This document shows positions 13,659 through 28,127 of a stretch of 64,000 nucleotides of DNA, piece after piece; within the stretch, counting starts at the first letter, position 1; every line of letters begins with the position of its first letter. The translations under genes and the position numbers were made by a program. The DNA lies in assembly GCF_963506605.1 (NCBI RefSeq), contig NC_083278.1:44826001-44890000 (forward strand). The letters are read 5' to 3'. This DNA is from Zootoca vivipara. Lineage: Eukaryota. The notes under the pieces are model-generated. The model was not told the DNA's origin. It ran no database searches and worked only from the letters and a program-made list of their open reading frames with translations.

Positions 13659-15258
13659 AAATATAACCAAAAACACTGTTAAAGGAACAGTGAGAATAAA
13701 ACGTAGCTACAAGGCAGTAAGGATACATAGAACGAAGTGGAAATGTCCTTCCCTTGTGTAGCACAAAGGCAGACCTTCATGGAACAGGAGACCTTATCAA
13801 AGCTACAGTAAACCCTCCACTTGCTGTCAGGCATCAGTTTGGTACCCAGTGACTTCACCATGAACTCTGGCGCCAGAGGTTGGCCTGCAAATATGATGCA
13901 TGACACACAACTGTTCATCACCATGTGTGTCTAACCTAAGTATCTCCCACCCAGCACTTTTAGAAAATTCCACTCCAATAGGTTGAGCTCTTAATGCAAT
14001 GTCCGGATATCAAAATTTCCCATAGACACAGTCTAGCCTAGCTTCAGCTGCAGAAAGTATCGTCGTACTAATGCCAGGGAACAGACATTGGCCTTAAGGC
14101 TGTGCTGTTCATTGCAGTAAATATAGTTACAAAGAATGCAAAGTTGGTTAGAGTGCCTTATCTGTGGCAAGCTCAACATCCTCTGAGATGGGGTGGGGGT
14201 GTCTACACTGGACTCTGAAGCACTGTTTCCCTCATCCTTGGAATAAGGAAGAAATCTCACTCCACTCGCCTTCCTCTGTGCTTTTGAGCTTCCACCAGCT
14301 CCTGCTACAAAAAGAATTGTTGAGTGTCTTTAACCACAGTTGGTTAGAGACCATGGTGCTGTTAACGCCAAGGTTGCAGGTTCGATCCCCATACAGCACA
14401 GCTGCACTGCAGGGGGTTGGCCTAGATCAGGGATGTCCAACTTCTGAGAGACTGTGATCTACTCCCACTAAAAAAACACTGGCAGTGATCTACGCATTGT
14501 ATTTACGTACCAGAGTTGTTGAACTTTTTTTAGGGAGCCAAAGTTATCTCTCCCCTTGCTTAGTAACCAGTCCCTTATCAGGTGCTTTCACTTGTGCATA
14601 GAGTGACACTCTGTTCTCATCTCTACTGCAACAGATAGGTGATGTTGGCCTTGCTTGGTGTCAAAGACCAAAATGAGTGCATAAATGACTACAGTGTTCC
14701 GGTTCCTGATTGCAACCACAGCAAAATCTCTAATGATTTTCTGGAGCACTGACTAACTAGTGTTACAAGAGTCTTCTCCTCTGATGACTCAGGCCAGCAC
14801 AAACAGCAATTCAGGATAAATCCACCTAATTCATTTTACAAGCTTACTCAAAATTGTAGCATAAAGGCATGCATTTCCATCTTTAATTGTTAACAGTTCT
14901 CAGATGTCAAAGATATCAATCTGTTTACTACTGCTTCGCGCAAGGATGGCTCCTTTGTCTACCAGAATATATCTGTCACAATAATCTCTGGATGTTGCCT
15001 CCACCACCACCACCACTCCATACTTATCATCTAGATCTATAGGAGAAATGGTTTGCCAGGTGCTGCCCCAAGACAGCCAGGACTCGCAGCCACCGTTATT
15101 TAATATAGTTTACAAGAATAATAAAGACCAACTACGACACTAGTTGTTGACTTCAGGTTCTGGCCTATGACAATCACAGTTGCATAATTTATCTAAACAT
15201 TGTTGGTCTCTTATTTTAAGCTGCTTGTGGCATTTACAGCAAGCTACACTACAGTGAA

Positions 15259-15608
15259 GGGACGCGGGTGGCGCTGTGGGTTAAACCACAGAGCCTAGGG
15301 CTTGCCGATCAGAAGGTCGGCAGTTAGAATCCCCACGACGGGGTGAGCTCCCGTTGCTCGGTCCCAGCTCCTGCCAACCTAGCAGTTCGAAAGCATGTCA
15401 AAGTGCAAGTAGATAAATAGGTACCGCTACAGCAGGAAAGTAAACAGCGTTTCCGTGCACTGCTCTGGTTCGCCAGAAGTGGCTTTGTCATGCTGGCCAC
15501 ATGACCTGGAAGCTGTACGCCGGCTCCCTCAGCCAATAATGTGAGATGAGTGCCGCAACCCCAGAGTCGATCACGACTGGACCTAATGTTCAGGGGTCCC
15601 TTTACCTT
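15259..15608 (+). mobile_element. Sauria (Squam1) SINE, full length
   Basis: GGGACGCGGGTGGCGCTGTGGG head through CCCTTTACCTTT tail; colinear with the other copies. Confidence 0.92.
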
Positions 15609-16052
15609 TACACTATAGAAGACCATTGCAAATAGATGGAGATGGTATCATTTTGAAGTAGTAGGCACATCTATATTGACTTTTATGTCAACAAACCCTC
15701 ATGTCTGAAGGTAAGGGAGTGTAAGAAAGGGGCTTCACAGATCTGGGACGGATTTGGAGGGTTTGGGGTACAATTCAGCAACTGTGGGAGGATGTGAACA
15801 TGTCTCAGATGAGAAACACTAACTGATTCTCCCGTTGCAAAAGAGAGAGGGGTGTGTGGAAGATGTGGTGACATATTTATGCCAGTGGGATTAGCAAGAA
15901 GTTTTTTGGGTCTGGATTCATCCCACCATTACCACCTCCCAATACCTTCCCCAAAGAAGTAGCATTCCCAGAAAGTTAGAGGCTGACCAGATATTTAGTG
16001 GAACTGCTATGTTTGGGTGGAACTTGAAGACTTAGAGCAGGTATAAGGAACT

Positions 16053-16542
16053 TAAAAAGCAGAGACATCACCTTGCCTACAAAGGTCCGTATAGTTAGAG
16101 CTATGATTTTCCCAGTAGTGATGTATGGAAGTGAGAGCTGGACCATAAAGAAGGCTGATCGCCGAAGAATTGATGCTTTTGAATTATGGTGCTGGAGGAG
16201 ACTCTTGAGAGTCCCATGGACTGCAAGAAGATCAAACCTATCCATTCTGAAGGAAATCAGCCCTGAGTGCTCACTGGAAGGACAGATCCTGAAGCTGAGG
16301 CTCCAATACTTTGGCCACCTCATGAGAAGAGAAGAATCCTTGGAAAAGACCCTGATGTTGGGAAAGATGGAGGGCACAAGGAGAAGGGGACGACAGAGGA
16401 CGAAATGGTTGGACAGTGTTCTCGAAGCTACGAACATGAGTTTGACCAAACTGCGGGAGGCAGTGCAAGACAGGAGTGTCTGGCGTGCTATGGTCAATGG
16501 GGTCACGAAGAGTCGGACACGACTAAACGACTAAACAACAAC
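16053..16542 (+). mobile_element. BovB (RTE) LINE, 5'-truncated 3' end
   Basis: ORF TKVRIVRAMIFPVVMYGSESWTIKKADRRRIDAFELWCWRRLLRVPWTARRSN...LQYFGHLMRR is the RTE/BovB C-terminus; (CAA)n tail; TSD AAGGAACT. Confidence 0.95.
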
Positions 16543-17789
16543 AAGGAACTGCAGGCCTGGGAGACAAATACAGCCCCTCAGGCTTCCCTGCCTGGCCCTT
16601 GGGCCTCTCCCCAGTCCTACTTCATATCTCTCATGAGTGTCTTTTCCTGGCTGAAATGTTTTGTTGAACTCCCATAATGCCCCTTGGTTGCCTGGGTGGG
16701 TGATAGAGAGGGGTGTGGAAACTAGCCTAGTGTATCAATGTGAAATTTACATTTGTTCCTTCAATTGCTTTTGCCTCCAGCCCCTCTGACAACACACTGG
16801 TCATTTAGAGTTTAAAAACACTAGTGGAGGGCAGGGAATGGACAGCTGTGTGTCATGGAGAAAATCCCACAGTAAGCAGTTTTGTAAGGGTGACGTATTA
16901 TGACTCAAAATGATAACAGAAGGCACATCCCAACTGGTACAGCTGTACTTTGAATGGAGTTGCTATCCAACACATGAAAATGAGTTAACGAAAGTTTCTG
17001 CTCTGATTCTCCCCCTCTCCCTGTTTTCTACACCCATTTCTATCATATTTGGTGCTTATATCATATGCTTTGCAGCATAAACACATACCTATAATAGGGT
17101 AGAGAGGGCCATATGAACCAATGGCACAACCCACCAGGAAGTCTCCAGTGCAAGCCCTATTTTTCAGGAGGCTGCCCATAGGGACTACTATTCTGCATGC
17201 CCAACGAGTATTATTTAGCTGTGTGTCAAGTACTCCATAATAACCAGGTTGCAAGAAACCCAAAACAAACCACAGCCCTGTAAAGTAGTCCACATCAACT
17301 GCTAGCATTTAAGAGCTGTGTACTGTATATATTATTATTGGGATATTATTTTTCCATAGCCCCTAACCTTAAAACATAGTTGGCATGGCCTGATCAGCGT
17401 GAAGCATATTATAAAACTCAGCTTTATTCATGGGGAGGGCATTAAACCTGTCTGCAAATTGCACCTGGAAGCCCCCCACCCTTCAGCTGCAGGCTGCATT
17501 TTCTCAGTGCCATAAATACACTCTACATATGCTCAGAGGCCCATGACAAGCGTTTCACGGACGCATTGCCATTGAAAGCAGGTTCCGGGGTTGATGGACC
17601 TTGGGCTCAGACTAAGGCCTGCAGTTGTTATGGTCCACATTGAAACAAAGGAGGTGCAGCTTCTCTTTCTGCCGGTATCCTGGTCCCCATTTGATAGATG
17701 CATGATGGCTGATCACAACCCGTCCCTTCCCCCACCCAGCAAAGAATCCCCACCCCACCCTAGGAAAACAACCCTCCTCCCTAGGGGAC

Positions 17790-18800
<1,011 letters not shown>

Positions 18801-20103
18801 GAACAAACAAAAGCATGCATTCTCGTTGGTAAACAAAACCCCTGCTTCTTAGAAGATGCGGGTTTTTATTTATTTTAATTATTAGTTTTCCTTCCATGTT
18901 TGGCCATGAGGACGAACAGTGTGATCCTATGCATGTTTACTTAGACGCAAGTCTCACTCTAGATTCCATAGGGCTGGCTCTCAGCTAAGAGTCCAGAGTC
19001 CAGACAAAAGATTTGCTACCTAGCTCCTCTTGGCCCTCAGAACCATGGTTGCTTCATTCACCATACCCCTGGCCCAGAAGTCAGCAACCAGTTGGGCAGA
19101 GGACCCTTGTTGCTTTTTTTTACAGAGAATGGGGTGGGTCTCTGATGGACCCTATTGCCACTTACTCAAATGGCATTGATGCAAAGGCCTACTGGCATGG
19201 ACTATCCTTCCAAACCGCTCTTGGGAGGGGAAGGGTGACAGCAGAGCTTACTAGCTGCTGAGTCCTATCATAGGGAACAGCTAATTTTCCCACCCATGTT
19301 ACCCAAGATGCCTCTGCAGATGGGAAACAACTGTTCACAATGCAGCCGATATTCTTTCTCCCAATTTAAGGTGGCAAGTGTGAGGTTATCCTTACAAGCC
19401 TAAGAAACAGTCTAGAGCAGATCTAAACACCAAGGCCATTTAGCAAGCTTCCATTTGTCTTCCCATTATTCTTTTCAATACTGTCCCTTGAAATCTACTT
19501 CTCCCTGTATTTCTAAAAATAATTCTTCTTTTGTTAGACATTTTCTTTCTTTCTGCAGTGTCTACGGACCGAGGACAACTTGTCCTTTTTCTATTATGGA
19601 GTGCATCTTCTTTTCCAATTAGCTTCCTGCCTACCACTTTAAAGATGACTTCCATCATACATATTTAAGAATCCATCAGTAGAGTAATCTTGATATCAAT
19701 AATTGGAAAGGGGAAGCCTTGTGGTTATGGGAATGTTGTTGCACAACCAGGCAAACAAACATTAACAAATCAATGCACATTTTAAAAATTGTGCATTTAC
19801 TTGTATCTAACAGGACATGAATGATTATTACTTCACAACTGTATACTATGGGAATGGGAGTGAAATGGTTTCCCCCTCCCCCCAATTAGCCCACAACTGG
19901 AAAGCCAGAAGAGAGACCTGGATTCAGAACCACATTCTGTACCAAGTTTGCTAGGTGACCTTGAAATAATGATTATCTGGGAGTGTAGGTCTGGAAAGAT
20001 GGGATTATAGAGTCAGTTATGCCACCTGGTCTCCTTAAAAGGGAAAGGAGGGGGAAATGTAATACAATTATTTCTATTGCATGTACTTTGGCTTAGTTAA
20101 GAT

Positions 20104-20239
20104 CAGACATCCCCAAACTGCGGCCCTCCAGATGTTTTGGCCTACAACTCCCATGATCCCTAGCTAACAGGACCAGTGATCGGGGATGATGGGAATTGTA
20201 ATTCAAACCATCTGGAGGGCCGAAGTTTGGGGATGCCTG
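20104..20239. mobile_element. hAT MITE (same family as 12961)
   Basis: TIRs CAGACATCCCCAAACT / AGTTTGGGGATGCCTG; 8-bp TSD GTTAAGAT. Confidence 0.9.
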
Positions 20240-22618
20240 GTTAAGATACTGGGGGTAGTTCCAAAGGCTTTCCAGAAAAGGTGGATCATATACTTTAGCT
20301 CAGAAAACAGGGATCTAGTTTCAATCCCTTTGTGTACTAAATCTATGGAAAATATATGGAGTATAATTAATATAGACACTATACCTATTGCCATTCACAT
20401 TTCAGATGAGTTAGTATATTAATTTGGTGCTAATTAGTAGTAATAAAGCTCACTGGCTTTTTGTCATGGAATACCATAGAAGATTTTAGTTTGTTAACAG
20501 GGTGCAACAGATGGAGCTGAACATTTCCTGAATTTGGTAGCTATACGACCACTATATAGATATTTCAGCAGAAGGTTGGACTTAATGGGGCAGTGGTTTT
20601 TACACCTCATAATCTCATACCATAGAAGTCAAGACTTCAAACCTCTAGCTACTTAACTGGAAGCAAACCCTATTAAACTGAATGACACCTGCTTCAGAAT
20701 CGTCATATAGAGTCAGGGCTAGATTTCTCTCAGTAGGAGTGTGACAATTTTGTGCAATCCAAAATATCTTGTAGAATTCTTGTTTTCCCACAATCCTTAC
20801 TGTCATAGTAGCGACTGAAAGGCACAGAGTTCCTCAAATAAAAAAGCCCTCCTGAATGGTTTCAACATCTACAAGTCTTAAAATCTGTGTTCTTTCCATA
20901 GTTCTATTTTTATTTACAAGTTTCCTTAAGACTCCTTTCCCCAGTTATCTGATAAAAATCTGATAAAGAGCTATAAAAATTGTATCTGCCCCTATTCAAC
21001 CCACTGCTGACAGCACAGCCCTTTGCTATCAACAAAGCATATATACTCTCCTGCAATTCTTGCCTTAATTGTTTCTAGGGTGCAAGACTATAAGGTAGGA
21101 CCAGCTATGTTCTCCTAAACCCTGGAACAAAGAGATATAAAAGGCTGCTACAAATACAGCAACAGGAAGTTAATAAAGCATTTGCCACAGAAATAGCATA
21201 AAGCCATGGTTCCATGTTACTAGGTACCAACAAAAACAGCTGCTGGTGAGGAACAACATCCTTTAAGTACCCTACCTCAGCTATTTCTCCACGGACAACA
21301 AATAATGGTGCAAGAGTCTCCATTCATTGCAAAGCAAAGCAGTAATTTGGGCAAGTTTCATAGAATCATCCCATCTTTTACTTTTACAAAAACAAACCTG
21401 CAACACATTTTGCCTTTCAAAATTCTATTGAGAAGTGCCTACATTTGTATTGCTAGAGATAGAATTTGTCTGTTCCTCTGATTAGGCACCAATGGTGCTA
21501 TTGCAACCAACCTCACATGAAATATTGATTGTAATATTTAATGGAATTATTCTTCATCGTTTCTAAGGGTGGTAAAAGCTATTTTAGCAAAAAGCTTTTG
21601 TGGTTTGGTACTGATGATCTTGCTGGTGCAGTTCAGATTTTAGAATTTAGCATAAGAAGGAAGTCTTAACTACTGCAATTTTTAAAAACCAGTTTATTTC
21701 TTGGCATTACCTTCATGAAAGAAGAGACCAGATTTACACTATACCCCCCCCCGCCCAGTTTGTGATATATGTTCTCAAAGCAGATTTTCCAATCCAAGGT
21801 TCTTTAAGTCAGGTGACTTCAATATCTAGTAGAGTACAGCTTACCCTGCCATTTCCTTAGATCACTGGACAAGCCTTAATTTCCAGTCTGGATACCATAA
21901 CAAGGTCCCATGGAGTCTAGTGATCAGAATGTGCCAAGGCACAGTTCAAGTGACAAAAACATTCTAGCATCTGTCCCTACAGCTATGGAGAATGCATGGC
22001 TGTATTTTGCCACAAGCGGACGTATTTCCAACATGATAGTCACATGATGATGTCCCCATTTCCTAGCTCTGCATTTCCACATAGGAAATGTGGAAAGCAG
22101 CCCTCTGTTCACCCACATATTGAACAGCAGTTCTTAACAAGTCAAGAAATAGTCCTTGCATGGATTTAAGTCTTGGTTCCATTGCATGTACGCATAACAG
22201 CATACCTGAAGATTAACAGGCAATCAAGAAATAAGTAGGGGCTTATTTCTTAGACAAGCTGCTGAACTAGGATAATAAAAGCAATTCAGCTATTTTACAA
22301 ATACAAAATGTACCATTTTAAACCAGTAACTCTAAAGTCTATTAAAATAATTATTCTCTGGAATTTTAGAGGCATGCATTTTAAGAACTCTTTCACAAAG
22401 AACTGCCCCTTTCCCAATAACTTTCACAGCACACCTAATCTGTAGGTATGCAATTGACTCATTATTTAACATAACTCATCTCTGAGAGCTTTGTAGATCT
22501 GATACTGTGAAGAATGAACCATTATTTACCACAAGACAGACTGGCAGACATATTCTAACATCCAGCACTGTGAACACAATACTGCTTGTTCCTTCCTGGT
22601 TCATTACGGTAATTTATG

Positions 22619-22824
22619 CTATAATGTCTTAGCCGGAGGTTCTGATGCCATAGTTTTTGTCTGGAGCTGCTCTTCATCTGTCTCTAGATTTGGATCCACT
22701 TTTTCCTGTATATCTGATTTTACAGCATGGAGTGCATAGTTAATACTAGTGCTTTCAGTCCAGCTCCAGGACCCAAACAGGGGGTTGTACAACATTCCTT
22801 TCACTGTCTTGACTAAAAAGCCAT
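22619..22824 (-). CDS. COQ3: COQ3 exon 7 (terminal coding exon)
   Basis: TTACAG acceptor; (N)GFLVKTVKGMLYNPLFGSWSWTESTSINYALHAVK...AKTL*. Confidence 0.93.
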
Positions 22825-23948
22825 CTGTAAGAAAGGAGAGAGAGACAGCATAAGGAGACTATTCTTTAAAAGGACCTAATATCCACAGTAAACATATGCA
22901 AAATTTCCTGTAATGTCATTCTGGCACAATGGTGGTGTTGTCTCAGTAAACTTCGAGCCAAAGCAGCATTAGGAACAGGTTTTTAATCTTGATGCTATCA
23001 AAACATTCAAGAATGTCCATCCCAAGTAAAATGTATCTTGCTGAATACAGTGCTACAGATTCAAATTAGCACCTGGATGATTATTTTTGAATTGTGACTA
23101 AAACACTTGCATTAACCCAAACCCAGAGTCGAAACAAAATACCTATCTTTAGAAAGCTGATGTTTAAAATCATTTTTAAAGGACACCTACAATTTACACA
23201 CCAAGATTTTACACATCAGATGATCCAATAGTAAGTGTTTAGGTGTATTATCTACATGTTCCCGTGTGTGTATATACCACTTCATCATTTAATTGTCAAC
23301 CCCCTCCCTCCCCCAAGTGGGATAAACACTGTTAGCCAAACTTGCCACTTGTAGAATAGTGCACTTGCCCCTCCCCAACCCCATGATATCATACAGTAAA
23401 TCTTCTCACTGATGCTTTAATTAACATAAATTCCTAAAGCAGAATCCCTTCTGAAAATACACTTTAAATGCAACCTACAAAATTCAGGGTGAAAACGGGA
23501 CACCGAAAAAGAACTAACAAGGCCCACCTATGTTCACTCGGAAGAAAGTCTTATTTAATTCAATAAGGCTCAACCCCAGGTAAGTGGGGTTAGAACTGCA
23601 GGACTCACTTCTGACAAGGATAAGATGCAGCTCTTCCCGATACCTTCCCCCATTTAATTATTTACAGTCATTCTTCGCCACTCTTCATCAAAGGATTCCA
23701 GGGTTGTGGGTGTAAGTGTGAACAAATTCACAAAACTGTCTTTCACTTCCTGGTGTGAGACTGGGGGGTCTTTTGATTTAGTATTTCATCCACCTTAGAT
23801 TCCCCCTACCCATTGACTACATATGATTACTCTGTAAAGCATGCTTGCTTTATGCAACACCTGTATCACGGGACAGTTAAGGTCAGCTAGCAGCCATACT
23901 TGAAGGAAGTTACTGACTGTGTCCTTTCATTGGGGTTTAAACACTTAC

Positions 23949-24108
23949 TTGACTCTAGGAGCCTCTCTAGCTCCTCTGGTGGTATGAACTTCTCCCAATC
24001 ATGGGTGCCTGGCGGAACAATGCCCAGTACTCTCTCAGCTACCACAATGCCAAAGATATAGGATAGCTGTGATTTGTTGATTGTAGTCATAAATAAGGAG
24101 CCTTCCGG
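23949..24108 (-). CDS. COQ3: COQ3 exon 6
   Basis: 160 nt; PEGSLFMTTINKSQLSYIFGIVVAERVLGIVPPGTHDWEKFIPPEELERLLES. Confidence 0.95.
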
Positions 24109-25298
24109 CTTAAACAACAACAGCACAAGTGTTAGCACATCTGTCATGTATACACAATATAACTAGCAGCATCCAGTTAGTGTGTTAAAATTAGGATTGT
24201 CACCAAAGTAAAAAAAAAAATTGTGGTACAAGCTTAAATTGATTTTTTTTTTTACAGATTTCCCAGCCATTGTAGCAGATACCATCTTAGAAAAAGCATT
24301 TCTTTACATGTGTGCATATTCTTCTTCAAATATTATTCTTGCCTCCAGTTTTCTGGAATAAAACTATTTTAAAATTCTGCCATCCCTACAAATACTGGCA
24401 CCTTTCTTGCCAATCACCAGATTTTTAATTGGTGAAACTAGCCCATCAGTCAAGGAATGTAGCCCTAAACATGTAGGCCTAGTCAAAACATATTTGCATG
24501 GGTCAATTCAAAAACAGGTCTCATCAGAGCTGTTTGAATTTGCAATATAAGCAATGCAATTTATACTGAAGCCAAATTCAAATTTATTCATGTTACTATG
24601 GTTCTGAGATTGGTATACAGAATATCTGTTAAGCGTTACTGCAATATTTTTGTGCACTAATCACTGTTTGGCTTGTTTCTATAAGAAAACAATCTAGGCC
24701 CCATCTGCATTCTACATTCAAAGCAGTATTGTATCACTTTAACAGTCATGTCTTTCCCCCCAAAATCCAGGGAACAGTAGTTTGTTAAGGGTGCTGAAAG
24801 TTGTGACAAGGCTGCTATTCCTCTCGCAGAGTTATAATTCCTAACGGTTTAACAGTCAACCCCTTTTCGCAGGGAACGCTGGGAGTTGTAGCTCTGTGAG
24901 GAACAGGGTGCCACAAGCCACAAGGCGGGGTTATGTGATCAATAAACTACTAGTATTTGCCCTGGCCCCTTGGGATAAATAGAACTCAAAATATCTACTT
25001 ATTTACTGTGCATTTTATATTTTATTTCCTTCATGTTTTTAGGTCAACTTAACAGATCTGTACCCAGAACCCATTCATTGTCTGGTTCATCTCCTCAGCA
25101 GGAAAAAGTGCAATATTCTAAAGGCTGTGTTTGTTTTCAATCTGGATAAGTTGAATCAATAAGGGTTGCATAAAATTAGGCTCTTTAGCACAGAGCAAAT
25201 CAAAAAAGGAAACCAATGCAAAACATTTCTTATAATCAACAGCTCAATTTTACAGTGCAAATGATTCAGCATTCTTTTTTTGTTTTCTTCCAACTCAC

Positions 25299-25541
25299 TT
25301 TTAACACTTTGCTGCAGCACCTGATGAACATTTCCACATCAGCCACATGTTCTACAACTTCAGAAGCTACAATGACATCAAATGTGTCTGATGCCTCTTC
25401 CACAATATCCTCCAGTGTACAGGATTTGTACTGTATTCTCTTAGCCAGGACTGGATCAAATGATTTATGCAGTTCTGCTGTTCTAATGCTGTCTTCCAGA
25501 GGATCAATCCCAGTAACCGAAGCTCCCAGTCTACCTAGAGG
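25299..25541 (-). CDS. COQ3: COQ3 exon 5
   Basis: 243 nt; PLGRLGASVTGIDPLEDSIRTAELHKSFDPVLAKRIQYKSCTLEDIVEEASDTFDVIVASEVVEHVADVEMFIRCCSKVLK. Confidence 0.95.
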
Positions 25542-26076
25542 CTAAGACCATAGACACGTTAGTCTCTTCTGCTTAAAAATAATAGAATATGTAACAAAGT
25601 TGTTATTTGATTAGAAGGAAGTTACTGAAGAGCTTAAAGTAAACTCTGAAGCTTCCTCCCTAACATCTACCCTTTTGGTGTCTCTCTACGCCCCCCCCCC
25701 AAAAAAAAACACCCTACTGGAATAATAGAAGGGACAGGTTTCTAGGTTGATTAAGGAGAACAGATCGTCATAAGCATAGTTGCAGTTTAGACTGCCAATT
25801 ATAATAAATAGCTAATTATTTTGTCTTCTGGAATCTGTAGACCACAAATACACACTATGAAAAGTAAGGCATGCATAAGGCTTCAATCCTGTCAGCACCT
25901 ACTTGGAAGTAAGGATCACTGAACACAGTGCAATATAAAAGTAAAAAAAAAAACTTTGTGGAAGTTCCAGCAAATTAGGGAACTTCAACCCTTTCCACAA
26001 AATCAGTTGAAGTGTGTTCCAGCTCACAGTTTAGCTCTACAGCTAAATTCTGCATTTCCAGCAAGAACAATAAATA

Positions 26077-26315
26077 CAGTGGAACCTCTATTTGCGACCA
26101 TAATCTGTTCCGGAGGTCCGTCCAGAGGTCAAAACGGGTCGCTGGGAGAGGTGCCATTGTGTGCAGGCGCAGATTGCCTGTGCCCGTCCGTGCGCATGTG
26201 CGAACGGTGATCGCCGCTCCTGCGCATCCGCGAACGACGGCAAACCTGTCGGTTACTTTCGGGTTTGCCGCAGTCATGACTTAGAATGAAGCAGTGGTAA
26301 GTAGAGGTTCGACTG
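26077..26315. mobile_element. Tc1/mariner (pogo/Tigger-like) MITE in COQ3 intron 4
   Basis: TA-CAGTGGAACCTCTA...TAGAGGTTCGACTG-TA: TIRs and TA TSD. Confidence 0.85.
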
Positions 26316-26534
26316 TATGTGCATCGGCACACACGCCCTACCACTTTGCTTTATTGGAGGACCTTAATCTAAATAATACAATAATGAACTAATAGAGCAG
26401 ATTGCAAGAGAGACTTGTAGTTAAGCAAGTACTTGGAAGAACTAAATAAGCACTATTCAAAACTTCAGTGCTGTGCTACTTCAAAACAAAGGGTCAGGGA
26501 TAAGAAAATTTATTATCAAAGGAGTAAGCCCTAC

Positions 26535-26634
26535 CTCAGTTAACAATCCACCACCGCAGCCAACATCCAGGATCTTCACACCAGAGAGAGGGCTTCCAGG
26601 CTGATGATCACTTCTCATATTTAAAACAGTATCT
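26535..26634 (-). CDS. COQ3: COQ3 exon 4 (SAM-binding motif I)
   Basis: 100 nt; DTVLNMRSDHQPGSPLSGVKILDVGCGGGLLTE. Confidence 0.95.
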
Positions 26635-26999
26635 CTTACACAAAGTACAAAATGAATTATATTTTAATTGTGACCGTCCACCAGTAAAGAGCTTTTAGTT
26701 GATCAACTACACTTGCATATTACCAAAGCCTCAAAATGTTTGCCTTGTTGGGCTTCCTGTTTCGGGTACTGAGAAATGGCTGACTCCCATATGATCGGAC
26801 CTCAGCCGTGCCAGTAGTTCAGGGGTGATATGGGGGTAATTAGCCCTGGCAGACTCCCCAGGGTGGGGGAGGACTGTCTCGTAGACCCGCAGATTGTCCG
26901 AGATTGTCATCTTGCATCAAGGTGCAAGCGGCAGGACACTGGGTCCCAGAGCACGACACAGCTGGCACTCTCCGAAGCCACTCTCATAGCCAGAAATAT

Positions 27000-27832
27000 C
27001 TGTTTGATAAAATAATTAGATTTGGACAATTAGATTTGGTCGTCTTTTGATCTTTGCCTAACAGGAGATGATCAAATTTTTGCTTTTCTGGGAGGTCAGC
27101 GAGCCTCGCCAGCAGTGGATCAATAGTCTCTCTACGTGCCTCTTCATAAAAGGGGCATCTAAAAAATAAGTGCTCTGGGCTTCCTATCTCCCCCAATGAA
27201 CCGGCGTATATTCGCAGAGGATCAGTGGGGCTATTCCTCAGGGGAGCAGATTCAATGTCAGCCATTTGTAGATTGATGTTAGGCAGATATAAGCCTCCAC
27301 TCTCATCATCCCCGTTTCTAGTCTAGCCCATGTGTTTGAATCGCATCTGGGGACATGTAGGAGAGCTCTAAGGAGTTTGGATTGAACTCTCTCAAGGGGG
27401 GGAGAAAGCAGAGGAAGGCGGGCCCAGAAAGGATCCATAAAGGAGCTGTGCCAACGGTCTGGCCTTGTATAATTTTAGGGCCGCGGGGATGAAAAAGCCC
27501 CCTTGGGCTCTAAAAAATTTAAGAATACAGTTTGCGGTTTTTTCCACAGAGCTCCCAATGGAGTTTATGTGAAGTTTGTTGGTCCCTGAAGCCTGTACCA
27601 CCATTCCTAGGTACTTATAATTTGTGACTTGTTCTAATTTGTGGCCTTGAAGTTCCCAGCTTCTAAGCTTTGGTTTCCCCCCGAAAGTGAGTATCTTGGT
27701 CTTTTGATAGATAATTTTGAGACATTCAGTTTCACAGTATGCTGCGAGCTTTCTTAGTGCTCTTTTGAGGGGTTCTAGATAGGATTACCGCATCATCGGC
27801 ATATGACAGGACCGAAATATGCCGATTTGCGC
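27000..27832 (-). mobile_element. Degraded non-LTR retrotransposon fragment (RT to C-terminal Zn knuckle; RTE-X-like, clade uncertain)
   Basis: Minus strand ISVLSYADDAVILS (YADD at 27792-27803), YKYLGM, RLETGMM, EHLFFRCPFY; several frameshifts. Confidence 0.8.
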
Positions 27833-27974
27833 AGCTCCAGTTGTAATAGCTTTGCACTCAGTAAATATTTAAGCCGAGCAATACAAATGAAGACACCTCT
27901 TCTCTAAAAGGTGATGTATTACGATTTTCAGATTCCCAGAAGTATGTAAAAGCTGACCCATTCCAAAACCTTAC

Positions 27975-28127
27975 CTAATAAATGGCACTCTAATATCATT
28001 CATAGAATGAAGAGCTGCATAATCTCCACGCTCGTCCCACCACTTATGTGCCAGGAGTTGGAATTTTTTCATCTCCTTTGGATCGACTGTTGTTTGTGAC
28101 ATGCTGCAGTGTCGCTCTGTGAGTAAC
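27975..28127 (-). CDS. COQ3: COQ3 exon 3
   Basis: 153 nt; LLTERHCSMSQTTVDPKEMKKFQLLAHKWWDERGDYAALHSMNDIRVPFIR. Confidence 0.95.

Noticed and set aside
15976-16506. 176-aa minus-strand ORF
   Set aside because: Antisense frame of the BovB fragment.
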